The notes beneath the pieces are model-generated. The model was not told the DNA's origin, ran no database searches, and was given only the letters and a program-made list of their open reading frames with translations. Of a stretch of 64,000 nt of DNA, positions 51,004 to 61,489 are shown one piece after another. Source of the stretch: Moniliella sp. 'wahieum' (Eukaryota); contig RSEE01000021.1 in the NCBI GenBank assembly GCA_003971905.1, positions 620,001 through 684,000 of the forward strand, written 5' to 3'. The position numbers and the translations under genes were made by a program. Numbering within the stretch: the first letter of the stretch is position 1; every line of letters begins with the position of its first letter.

Positions 51004-54000
51004 CTAGTTGATCTGCGGGGAGTTGGACGTGTAGGTCGTGTACACCTTCTGAGTCGTGGTGGTGGTGGTAGTGGGACCCTGGGTGTACGCGGTGGTCGTC
51101 ACGGGTCCAGACGAGTACGAGGTCATTGACCCTGCTTCCACGCAACGTCCTCGGTTGAATGGACAACTGTGAACTTGAGTCCACCGACTGTGTAGAGCAG
51201 GTAGCGCTGAGCCTGGCCCGTCACTTCATGGTTGAAGTCCGTCCCCATAAACACATGCCATCCCGGGCCCAACTGCTGAGTCAGACGAGAGGCGAGCGTA
51301 GGGAGGAACTCCTGCTGGCTCAACTTCATCTGCAGCACGTCGTGGGTAACACCAACGATCGTCTCTTGGTGCTCACTCACTCCGACCGAACTTTCGACAG
51401 TCGTCGTACTCTGCAGCTGGGCCTTGGATTGTCCAGTCAGAGTTGACAAACGAGTGTTTACACTCTGCACCGTCGCACCGCCCCCGCCATGACCATCCCA
51501 CTCATCTCAGCAAGGCGTGTGCCTCCGCCCATGACTCCAGACTTGAGCGAACTGAAGAGACCAGGCTTGTCCTGCGACTCGGATGTATAGGTAGTGGTAG
51601 TGGTAGTGGTGCTCTCGCCGCCTTGGCCAGTTGATCCGGACCAGAATCCCGAAAACTTGCTTTGGTGCGAACTAGTGTCTTGATGCGCCTGGTGGTGTTG
51701 GGAAGAAAACGAGCCGCCGTGTTCCGCATGGTCGTGCTTGCTTGAAAGCGCACCCATGATGCCCCCCACCGTTGCGGCACCTAGCCCAATCACCGCCGCC
51801 GTACCAAACCCATGCTTCTTGTCGGGGACCTGCTCCTGCTCCTGTTGCTGGCTCTGTTGATACGTGACACTTTGCTGCTGTGCATTAAAGTACTGACCGG
51901 CCTCACCTTGCTGGTTGTGTTGCTGCCCAGAACCCGTGCCGGTGAATTCGCCACCCACGGTCGTCACATTCGTAGTCGATGAGCTCCAGTTCACATTGGT
52001 CTGGGAGGAAAATGATTCACTAGTGTGGAACGTCGTCTCGGCGTTGCCAAAGGAGGCGTGCTCACCCACCTGTTGCTGGGTGTTAGTCCCCGGGTAGAAC
52101 CAGATGGTGACAAAGTGTGTGCGGTAGTCTGAAGAGAGAGGTCAGTACTGCATCGACCACAAGAAAAACTAGCCGACCAGAAGACGTACTGATGCGGAGA
52201 TTGTACTGTGCCGCTTTCTGGTGATGACACGTCCACCGGCCCGCTTCGTCAAAGCAGCGCCAGCCCGTACCCACACCCAGTACCACGTCAAGCTGATGCG
52301 CAACCCACACCGTAAATTCGTCAAGCGACGAGGAATGCATAGCCAGACCAGTGGCAATCACTTGGATTGACTGCGTCTTCATCGACTCGTCCATCTTAAA
52401 GTCATGCACTGTGATTTGGGACTGAATCTCAGCCACCTTGCCATTTTCAAGGGAGCTACCACCAGCATAGTGTTCTTGGGTTCCTTGCTTGTGCTCATGA
52501 TGCATGACCCCCCCAACAATACCCCCGACGGCCAAGGCACCTGCTCCAATCGCCGCAGCTGAGCCGAGATCATGATGTTGGTCATGCTTCTCTCCCTGGG
52601 TTGGGTAGTTTTGGGGGTGCTGGTACGAGCCTTGTTGCTGTTGGTATGAGCCTTGCTGCTGTTGGTACGAGCCTTGCTGAATGGCACCCTGGTGTTGATA
52701 TGTAGAGCCCTGTTGCTGTTGCGTCTGGAAGGTGCCCTGGGCTTGGCCGTACCCCTGCTGCTCTTGAGAGTGCTGGTGGTGAACCACACCCGCTGCAATC
52801 CCTCCAGCGGCAATTGCGCCCGCCGCTGCACCCAACGCTGCCCCGGAACCCCAGCCTGCCTCAGTCTTGTGAGCGCTGAATGTCTGTTGGGTGTGAAGAG
52901 TGGTCTCCGAGTTGGAGAAGGAAGCGTGCTCGCCCACTTGCTGCTGGGTGTTGGTCCCCGGGTAGAACCAGATGGTGACATAGTGCGCGAGGTAATCTTT
53001 AAGCAATAAAGCATGTTAGTTTTACGCACCTTTGGCATTGTCTTCAACGGGGAACGGAAGTATATACGCACTGATGCGGAGATTGTACTGTGCCGCCTTC
53101 TGGTGGTGACATGTCCACCGACCTGTCTCGTCAAAGCAGCGCCAGCCCGTCCCAACGCCCAGGACCATGTCGAGCTGCCGGGCGACCCATACCGTAAACT
53201 CATCGATCGAGCTATCGTGCTCCGCCAAGCCGGTGGCAATAATTTGGATCGACTGGGTCTTCATCGACTCCTCCATCTTGAAGTCGTGCACCGTGATCTG
53301 GGACTGGATCTGAGCCACATTTCCCCCCTGGGAACTGGCACCGCCGTATTGCGTTTGACCACCTGTGTACCCAGTTTGAACGGACTGGGATTGCTGTGAA
53401 CCGCCAATGTTCATCTGTTGCATTTGCTCCTGCATTTGCTCGTGTTCCTTGTGCTCATGGTGAACCAGACCCCCTACAATTCCTCAGCAGCCAAGGCACC
53501 GGCTCCAATCATAGCGGCAGTGCCAAGTCCATGGTGGTGGTCCTGGTGCTCTTCCTGGGGGTGGCTTTGTTGCTGCTGGTATGATCCTTGCGACTGGGCA
53601 GTGTGCTGTCCATACGTCGACCCTTGTTGTTGCGTCTGGAAGGTGCCTTGAGCTTGGCCGTACCCCTGCTGCCCTTGAGACTGCTGGTGGTGAACCACAC
53701 CCGCTGCAATCTCCAGCAGCAATCGCGCCCGCCGCTGCACCCAACGCCGCCCCGGAACCCCAGCCCGCCTCGGTCTTGTGCGCGCTGAACGTCTCTTGAG
53801 TGTGAACGGTGGTCTCCGAGTTGGCAAAGGAAGCGTGCTCACCCACTTGCTGCTGGGTGTTGGTCTCCGGGTAGAACCAGATGGTGACATAGTGCGTAAG
53901 GTAATCTTTATACAACACGTTAGTGCCGCTTTATCCCATGCGAAAGGAAATGCACATACTGATACGAAGGTGTACTGCGCCGCCTTCTGGTGGTGGCACG

Positions 54001-55322
54001 TCCAGCGTCCCGTCTCATCAAAGCAGCGCCATCCCGTGCCGACATTGAGCACTTGGTCGAGCCGGTGAGCAACCCACATAGTAAATTCATCGACCGAACC
54101 ATCGTGCTCCGCCAAGCCAGCGGCAATAATTTGGATCGAATCGCTCTTCATCCACACGTCCATCTTGAGGTCGTGCACCATGATCTGGGACTCGATTTGG
54201 GCCGAAGTGATTTGGGTCTGAGATGAACTGGCAGTGCCAGAGACAACTGTTTGGTGCGCGGTAAATGTCGCGACGGTATGGTAGGTAGTCTCCGAGTTAC
54301 CAAACGAGGATTGCTCCCCGACTTGCTGCTGCGTGCCCGTCGCACCGTAGAACCAAACCGTCACATAGTGCGTCATGTAGTCTGCATGCGAGTCAGCGCT
54401 CACGCCCCTCACACGTGTCTAGCGGAAGAAGAAACGTACTGATGCGGAGGTTGTACTGCGCAGCCTTTTGGTGGTGGCATGTCCACCGACCCGTTTCGTC
54501 AAAGCAGCGCCAGCCCCAGCCAACACCAAGCACGTCGTCAAGACGGTGGGCAACCCAAACGGTGAAGTCATCAACCGAGCTGTCGTGTTCGGCCAGCCCC
54601 GTAGCGATCACTTCAAGCGAGCGGCTCTTCATCCACTCTTCCATCTTAAAGTCATGCACCGTCATCCGTGCCTGGATCTGGGCGGCCGTCGCCTTGCCGC
54701 CACCACATGAACCACTGTTCTTCCAAAAGGTATAGATCTGCGGTCCAATCTTGCAGCGGTAAAAGGTACCGGCGTCCTCACGGGCGTAGATGGCATAGTG
54801 AGGGCCAATAATGCCACTCCAGTTGCCGCCGTACTTGCCATCAAGCTTGTTGGCAATCTGGATTGCTGTCGCACGGCTGCGCGTGAAGTTGGTCTCCTCC
54901 TCCAGGTGTGACATCTCCTGAACCAACGTGGTGACCTCATCGCGCTGCCAGTCAGGCATGGTGGTTCGCATCAACTCAAACTGTTTGACAAAGATGGGCA
55001 CCGAGATGTTCTTGCCCGACGGCTGTTCTCCTGCGGCCTTGCCCGACGGTGTGTTCTTCCAAAAGGTGTAGATCTGTTGGTCAATCTGGCAGCGGAAAAA
55101 CGTGCCTTCGTCTTCGCGCGCAAAGATGGCATAGTGTGGACCGACAATGCCGCTCCACTCGCCCCCGTACTTGGAATCGAGCGTGTCGGCAATCTTGATG
55201 GCGGTCGCACGGCTGCGTTGGAAGGAGGTCTCCACCTCGAGATGGTGGCTGGAGCGGACAATCGAGGCCACCTCGTCGCGCTGGGCGTCGGGGAGAGTGG
55301 TGCGCAACAGCTGGTACGACAT
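51004..55322 (-). CDS. Large repeat protein with seven dynein light chain (LC8)-like domains and Q/G/H-rich linkers (about 1350 aa, 5 exons)
   Basis: Domains A1 (55053-55322), A2 (54717-54984), B1-B4 (54347-54683, 53871-54202, 52962-53315, 52094-52433) and C (~51160-51400). All show the LC8 pattern: strand, M..x..helix, helix, LD..(Y)G..W.(C/G)(I/F), then terminal strands. Introns at 54382-54439, 53906-53959, 52997-53071 and 52129-52189. A few single-base frameshifts must be bridged. Confidence 0.8.
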
Positions 55323-55749
55323 TGCTTGCTGGTCAACGGGTTGTGGCGGCCGAGGAAGAGCGGTATAGGAGGAGAGGTGGGGTGGTGGGGCGGGGAAGGA
55401 CACGCCGGATGGGCGGCTTAAGAAGGTGGTGGAGGCACTAGTCACTTGGTGTGGGACGGGTGGCCTGTGCCCACCTTCCCAGGGTCTCATCCACGCACTT
55501 GTGCCTTTTTCTTGCCGAGGAGGAAGGCGCGCCACACAGCACTGCGCCACTGTCCGCACGGTGGGCTCTTTTCTCGTGTTGCTCTGGGCGCTGTTTTCCC
55601 CGCCGCGTCCGCAGCAGGAGTCAGGGGCATTCGCCTTAACCACCGGCTATCGTGGAGACCGCACGTGGAAGGTCCTCAACGAGGCCTCGGGTGCCTGCCG
55701 TCTGCCGCCGGACGGCTCAATCTGCGCGCCCTGAGCTCCCGGGGGTCCT

Positions 55750-56580
55750 GCATGGCTGTTAGGCATGCCCGACACCCCCCTTGCTGCGCGCCATGGCCTA
55801 CCCAAGACGCCGAAGGAGCTGCTCCGCACTTTGGGCGTTATGAGCTTCTGCAGAATCTATGTGCCCTCCTACTCGCAGTACACCGCGCCCCTGACTCAGT
55901 TGCTTCACACGGGCCAGCGTTGGGAATGGATCTCTGAGCACCACTGAGCGTTGCTTCGATCGGCTCGAGGAAACGTTTACTCAAGCTCCAGTCCTGGCGC
56001 CTTTCGATCCAGAACAAGCCTTTGAAATCGAGTCAGACGCGAGTGGGTGTGTCGTGGCAGCGGTTCTCTCTCAGCCTCACTCTCACGAGGGCCAGCAGCG
56101 CCCCATCGCCTATTGGTCAAGGAAGTTTACGCCCGCCGAGCAACGTTGGGGGGAGTGGGAGATCAGGCGTTGCGAAGGAGGTTGTGCGCCGACTCTACGT
56201 GCCCGAGTCCGAAGCACTGTGGTATACCTTGCTCCACGACCACCATGACAAGCCCGAGGCTGGACACCAAGGAAGAGAACGCACGCACGATCAGTTGGCG
56301 CGTTGGTACTATTGGCCAGGAATGACTTTCGATGTGCGACGCTATATGTGGGAACGTGCACGTCGTGTCAGACTGCCAAAAGCCGCCGCCATCGCCCTTA
56401 TGGTCTACTGCAGCCGTTGGAAGTACCAGCTCGGCCTTGGTCGAGCTTCAGTATGGATCAGTTCGGTTCCTTGCCAGAGGCAGGACTTGGGAGCAAGGGC
56501 GAGACGCTGAATATGGTGCTGGTGGAGGAGGATCGGTGGTCCAAGATGATGGTGCTCATCCCGTGCAGCTCTAGCGACAC
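55750..56580 (+). mobile_element. Degenerate Ty3/Gypsy LTR-retrotransposon pol fragment (RT connection/RNase H fused to integrase N-terminus)
   Basis: PKTPKELLRTLGVMSFCRIYVPSYSQYTAPLTQLL, FTQAPVLAPFDP..FEIESDASGCVVAAVLSQ..RPIAYWSRKFTPAEQRW, then the integrase zinc finger HD.PEAGHQGRERT..YYWPGM..CTSCQTAK..GLLQPL.VP.RPWSSFSMD..VEEDRWSKM. No gag, RT core or LTRs seen. Confidence 0.92.
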
Positions 56581-56725
56581 GGTAAGGGGGGGGCAAGGGA
56601 CAAGGGACAAGGCGAAAGGGGAATGGAATTGCAGAGAGCGGATTGCGGATAGCGGGTAGCGGATAGCGGGTTGCACAAGACAATCACGATCACAAGGGAG
56701 TATCAGTACAGTAAGATCGATTGCG

Positions 56726-57698
56726 CTACGCGGTAGGAGGGAGGACCTTGTCATAATCTTGGTCTGGTACATCATCGTCGTCGTCGTCGTTGCCGGTGCC
56801 GGTGCCAGTACCGGTGCCATTCGCTTCGGGTTGTTGGTCCTCCTCCTCGTCCTTCACCCCCTGGTTGGACCCAACAATCGAACGCTCCAACAGGAACTGC
56901 ACCACCTCCTCCTTACCGTTCATCTCGGCTTCCGACATGGGTCCTCGGCCCGCAGCATTCCGAATGTCCCACGCCGGTGGCTCAGGGATATCCCCATCCG
57001 CATCCCCATCAGCGTTCGGATCGGCGTCCGCATTGGCATTGGCGATCGCAGCGTGCTCCTCCTCGCGGTGGGCAAGGTGAGGCTTGACGTCCATCTGGGC
57101 CAGTTGCGCCGCACTCTCCTCCGACTCGATGAGGTCGACCAGTTGCTTGACGGTGCTCAGGTGCCCATTGAGCGCAGCCCAGTGCAGCGGCGTGTTGCCC
57201 GCGTCGTTTTGCGCAATCAGCTGTACCGCCGGCAAGTGCGGGGCGAGGTACGTCACCACGTCTGTGGGCGGATGCACGCGCGATGACATGCAGACAGCAT
57301 AGCACGCGGGTACAGTACGGGTACGGGGAGGATACGGGGAGGGTAGCAGTGTATGGGGAGACGAAAAAAACAACAAAAAAAAGAACCGAGATGTGTCAGA
57401 GGAACCTGCCCAAGCCATCCATCCATCCAAGCCTCAGCGGCAAGGGCAAGGGCAAAGCACATGCCCCGAGGGGAAAAAACGTACCGTCGTGGCCGTTGGC
57501 AGCGGCATAGTGCAACGGGGTGTTGCCACTGTCGTTGTGGGCGGCAAGGAGGAGACGCGAGCGTGTGTCCGGGGCGTCGCCGTGGGCGTGGGCGAGGCGG
57601 TCGAGCGCAGCGGCGAGCTCGTCAACGTCCCCGTAGCGGGCGGGGAAGAGCAGGTCGTCAATGTCGTCGCTGGAGAGCGGGAGCGGCGTGGGCGGCAT
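56726..57698 (-). CDS. YAR1: Ankyrin-repeat chaperone of Rps3 (Yar1-like)
   Basis: DDIDDLLFPARYGDVDEL, NDSGNTPLHYAAANGHD|DVVTYL (intron 57262-57484), QNDAGNTPLHWAALNGHLSTVKQLV, DIRNAAGR..EAE. Acidic tail. Confidence 0.88.
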
Positions 57699-57712
57699 GG
57701 CGACGACAGATG

Positions 57713-57713
57713 G

Positions 57714-57744
<31 letters not shown>

Positions 57745-57763
57745 GAAGAGGAGGAAGAGGAGA
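57713..57763 (+). repeat. Homopurine (GAGGAAGAG)n tract in the YAR1/SYS1 divergent promoter region
   Basis: Directly visible run gagaggaggaggaggaagaggaggaagaggaggaagaggaggaagaggaga. Confidence 0.8.
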
Positions 57764-57988
57764 AAGTGGAGCCCAAGGACAGAGGGTTGGTTCGGTAGAA
57801 GTGTTTTGCGTTTTGCGACGCAGCCCAATTTTTTTCGAATGAATGTTTCCTGCCGCGCCGCCCGGCGGAGTTGCGCATTCCGCGCGGGCGTGATGGCCAC
57901 ACCGACGGCCGAGCGCAGCGTGTCGAACGGCCGGGCGGAGGGGGAGATGGGCGGCACGCCACTCGACCCGTGCCCAGCGCCCGCCAGC

Positions 57989-59076
57989 ATGCCCGCGCCC
58001 GCCCTCCTCCGCCGCGCCGGCGCCATCCTCGCCTCCCCGCAGGCCGGGTTCGATGCGCGCCGCGTCGTGTACCAGATGGGCGTGCTGCAGGCCGCGCACT
58101 ACCTCTTCCTCCTTCTCGCCATCTGGTCCACCAGCGCCGCCCTCCACCCGCCCGCCACCGCGCTCGGACGCGCAGGCCACCGCGCCGCCGCCCTCCGCTT
58201 CGCAGGCGGAAGCGCTAGCCTCCACCCGCTGCTCGACTGGCGCTACTTCGCTGCCCATCCGCCCTGGCAGCCCTGGACGCCCGCACAGCCCCTCATCCCG
58301 TTCCACCCGGGCTCCGTCTGGCTCGACCGCCCTTCCTCCGCTACAACGTCCCCCCCGCACCCGCCCGCGGGCACGACGGGCACAACGGTCGTCGTCTTGA
58401 CCCCCAACCAACTTGTTCCTTCCTCGGGATCGGGATCGGGATCGGCCGGGAGCAGCATGGGCGCTGGTGCTGGCGTGGTGGTGCCCGAGGAACGGAAACG
58501 GGACGGCGCGCCGGCTCCCGATGCACCTGCACCTGCAACTGCAACTGCGCTCGAAGCCCCACTGCGGACGCGTTGCTCCAAGCTTGGACGGCTGAGCAGA
58601 TGCAGGATCCGATCCGGATCGTGGCGATTTTAGTTGGCTGGCTAGTGGCGGCCGTGGGGGATACGGTTTTGTTGGTGGTGGTGGTGACGACCGAGTCATA
58701 TGCTAGACCATCTGTTGAGCTTGCAGTTGGTCCATGCGTTGCTCGTCTGGGCCTACTCACGCTCTTTGCCTGCTTCGCCTCGCTACTGGATCCTCATGGC
58801 GGGGCATACGCTCCTCTGTACACTGGCTAGTGAGTTTGGCGCTGCACGCCTCACTGCGCGCCAGTGGGGCGCACGCTCCGCCTTGGCTGCCCAGTCGTTC
58901 GACCTCCCTGAGCACGGTGAAGATTCTGCCCCGATGCGGACGTGGAACAGCACGAGATGTTCCCCCCGGCCTCTCAGGCTCCACAGGCCCCGTCGGCTCC
59001 CTCGCCCGCCCCGACCACTGCACAGCAAACCAAGTTTGTCTTGTTTGACGAGGCAGAGGAAGTGCGCGACGCGTAG
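57989..59076 (+). CDS. SYS1: Golgi integral membrane protein Sys1-like
   Basis: FDARRVVYQMGVLQAAHYL, DPIRIVAILVGWLVAA, LDHLLSLQLVHALLVWAYSRSLPASPRYW..ASEF match the Sys1 layout. Divergent from YAR1 across ~290 bp. Confidence 0.78.
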
Positions 59077-59295
59077 GACACCTCCTAGTTCATGCTAGTC
59101 CTGTCCGGCTATGGTCAGGCGTCCTATGGTCCTTCCTTTCTCCCGCTCAGCGCTGAGGCTCAGCTTTCACCCTCCTCAACGGGGGAATCTCGAACGCTCG
59201 GGACGAGGGGGCATGCATGCATTTGGTTTCCTGTTCTTTGGCTTGATTGGGTTTGGGTTGATGTGGATTGAGTGCGGGGCTGGTCTGGTCCCCTC

Positions 59296-61489
59296 TCACG
59301 CGCGTGGCTCAGCTTGCGTCGGCGAGGCCCAAAAGTGCTGTGCGTACAGCGCATAGATTTGCTGGGTGGTCACATTGGGACCGTAGGGCCGGACATCGGA
59401 ACTGGTGTACACGCGCTTCGCTTGGACCCCATTCAGAATCTGCAGAATAGATCGCTCAATAAAGTCGAGAAAGATCACGTCCACTTTACTCTCGGGCGCA
59501 AGGACTGAGGTGTTGGTCGGTGCCGATTGCACATAGTCTGGTTGAACCACATAGGGCAACTTAACGTGCCGCGTATCGTCCCCTTGCCCCGGACACCCGT
59601 CTTGCGTCACGTACCCCATCGTAGGACCGTGCCGGTGCAGATCCCGCTCCGGCTCCGCATCAGCTTGCAGGCGCAGTTGCCATGTCGCTCCAGGAGAGGA
59701 GGCGTCGTCGTCGTACTCTCTCTCCGTGGGCCCGTCAGTGGGTAGGGCAGACTCGCCTTGGGGGTCGGGTAGCAGCGCAGCTTGGTCTTGCCGCCAGTGG
59801 TTATAAATGTCCTGCACCTCGCCACGAGCGTAGTGGGGTAACACGTCCTCGTATCGCTTTGCCGACGCCCAGGCGGACCGGGTAGAGGAAACGCCAAAGT
59901 CACTGTTAAGTTTGTCCACGAGCTGCGACGCGTATTGCCACTCGACATCGCGCACGTGGAGAAAGGTATCGATAAAGGGAGAAACGATAAACTGATCGTT
60001 CCGCGTAAAGTTCCCACGGTGGATGGAGAAGCGTTGCGAACCCGAGTTGGCCAGCACGATGCTGGGCACGTCCCGCTCGGGGTCGGAGGCACTGACTATG
60101 GTCGGCAGCACGTGCTGCGTGAGCAGATGCAGAAGCGACCGTTGGTCCGTCGCCGCATACCCGTCTAGGGAATAATCTTGCGGCGCGTGCCCCAGCACGT
60201 GGCTCAAGTTCCACTCGGTAGCTATGGTCCAGCGCAAGGGAAATGTTGACTCCGCGCGGGGTGTCCAACCCGCCCTCCGAGGCGAGCCCAGCATGGATCG
60301 CATAGTTGCGCCGGTTCGCATCAATGTACGACCGCGCAAACGAAATTTCGTCCGACGTAGCCATTGCATCCGAGGATGGAACGTGGAAGCTCGAGGCGTT
60401 GGCGGCTAGCCAGCCTACCGTCTCGAGATACCGCCCACTCTCCAGCCCCATCGCATACCGGTCGTACACCACACAGTCTCGGATGTGCGTGTGGCCACCA
60501 AGAACGAGGATGGGCGTGGTGGGATGTAGTTTCCGAATGGCCTGGATCACCGTCGGGAAGTTGTCTCGCGCGACGGGCATGTGGCCTGCCAGACAGACAG
60601 ACAGCGAAACGAACGAACGAAACGAACGAACGAGAACGGCAGGTTGTGGTCAGTCAGCACTCGTGCACCCCACTTTCCCTCCCCACCTGACGCAGGATAG
60701 CAGCGCGCATACGATACGTACCTGTGACCAAGAAGAAATCGGGCGGATCTTGGATGGCCTGGAGGAACCAAGGTTCCTGCACCATCGCTTCTACCCGCTG
60801 CACCGCAATGCCCTTGTCGGCGCCATTGAAATTGAACAGCACGCCGAACGCCGTGACGCGGCGGCCGAGCGCGGTGGTGAACTTGCGGTACCGCTTGCCC
60901 ATCGGCACCTCCTCGCCCGAGGGGAGGGTGAGGTTGATGTTGGACGCCAGGAAGCGGCCAGCGGTAGCAGGCACATAGTGCGTGTACGTGTCGAGAGCAA
61001 GCGTGTAGTTGTACAGGTTGTGGTTGCCGGGCGTCAGCACATCGTAGTGGACCATAAGGTGGAACTGGTTGGCAGTGTGGCTGGCAACTTGGCCTGGCGG
61101 AGGCGAATCGGCCAACCCCGTGCCGTCTTGCAAGTCGCCCGTGTCGACCAGGAGCAGGTCCACACCCCGCAGCGCCGCTTGCCGACGCAGATGCGCGACG
61201 AAACTCACAAAGTCTCCCCAGTCAGCCGAATAGTTGGGCTCGGGCTGCGTCGCTGCAAGGTGGCCCTGGTACCACCCATGAATGTCGGTCGTGTGCAGCA
61301 CGTTGACCTGGCCCCAGGTGAGCGGGCGGACAAGGGAGCGGCCGCCCGACGGCTGGGTCGCGCCGCGCTGCGAGCGCGGCGCCAGGCCGTGCTGCGCGTC
61401 GGCGGCGGCGTCGGGGCACGCGGCCGCACCGCCACGGCGATGGCGATGGCGAGGAGGAGGAGACGGCGCACGCGACGGAGCGGCGGCAT
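59296..61489 (-). CDS. Secreted/vacuolar calcineurin-like metallophosphoesterase, 5'-nucleotidase family (YHR202W-like)
   Basis: Signal peptide (RRLLLLAIAIAVA). Motifs WGQVNVLHTTDIHGWYQGH, YSADWGDFVSF, LLVDTGDLQDGTGL, TPGNHNLY, TG|HMP (intron ~60589-60721), VLGGHTHIRDC, ESGRYLETVGW, NSGSQRF, NDQFIVSPF. Confidence 0.92.

Noticed and set aside
51990..54683. B repeats as an assembly duplication artefact
   Set aside because: The copies differ at many synonymous sites and have introns of different length and sequence.
57262..57484. Unusually long YAR1 intron as a snoRNA host
   Set aside because: No convincing C/D or H/ACA boxes; the extra length is simple-sequence repeats.
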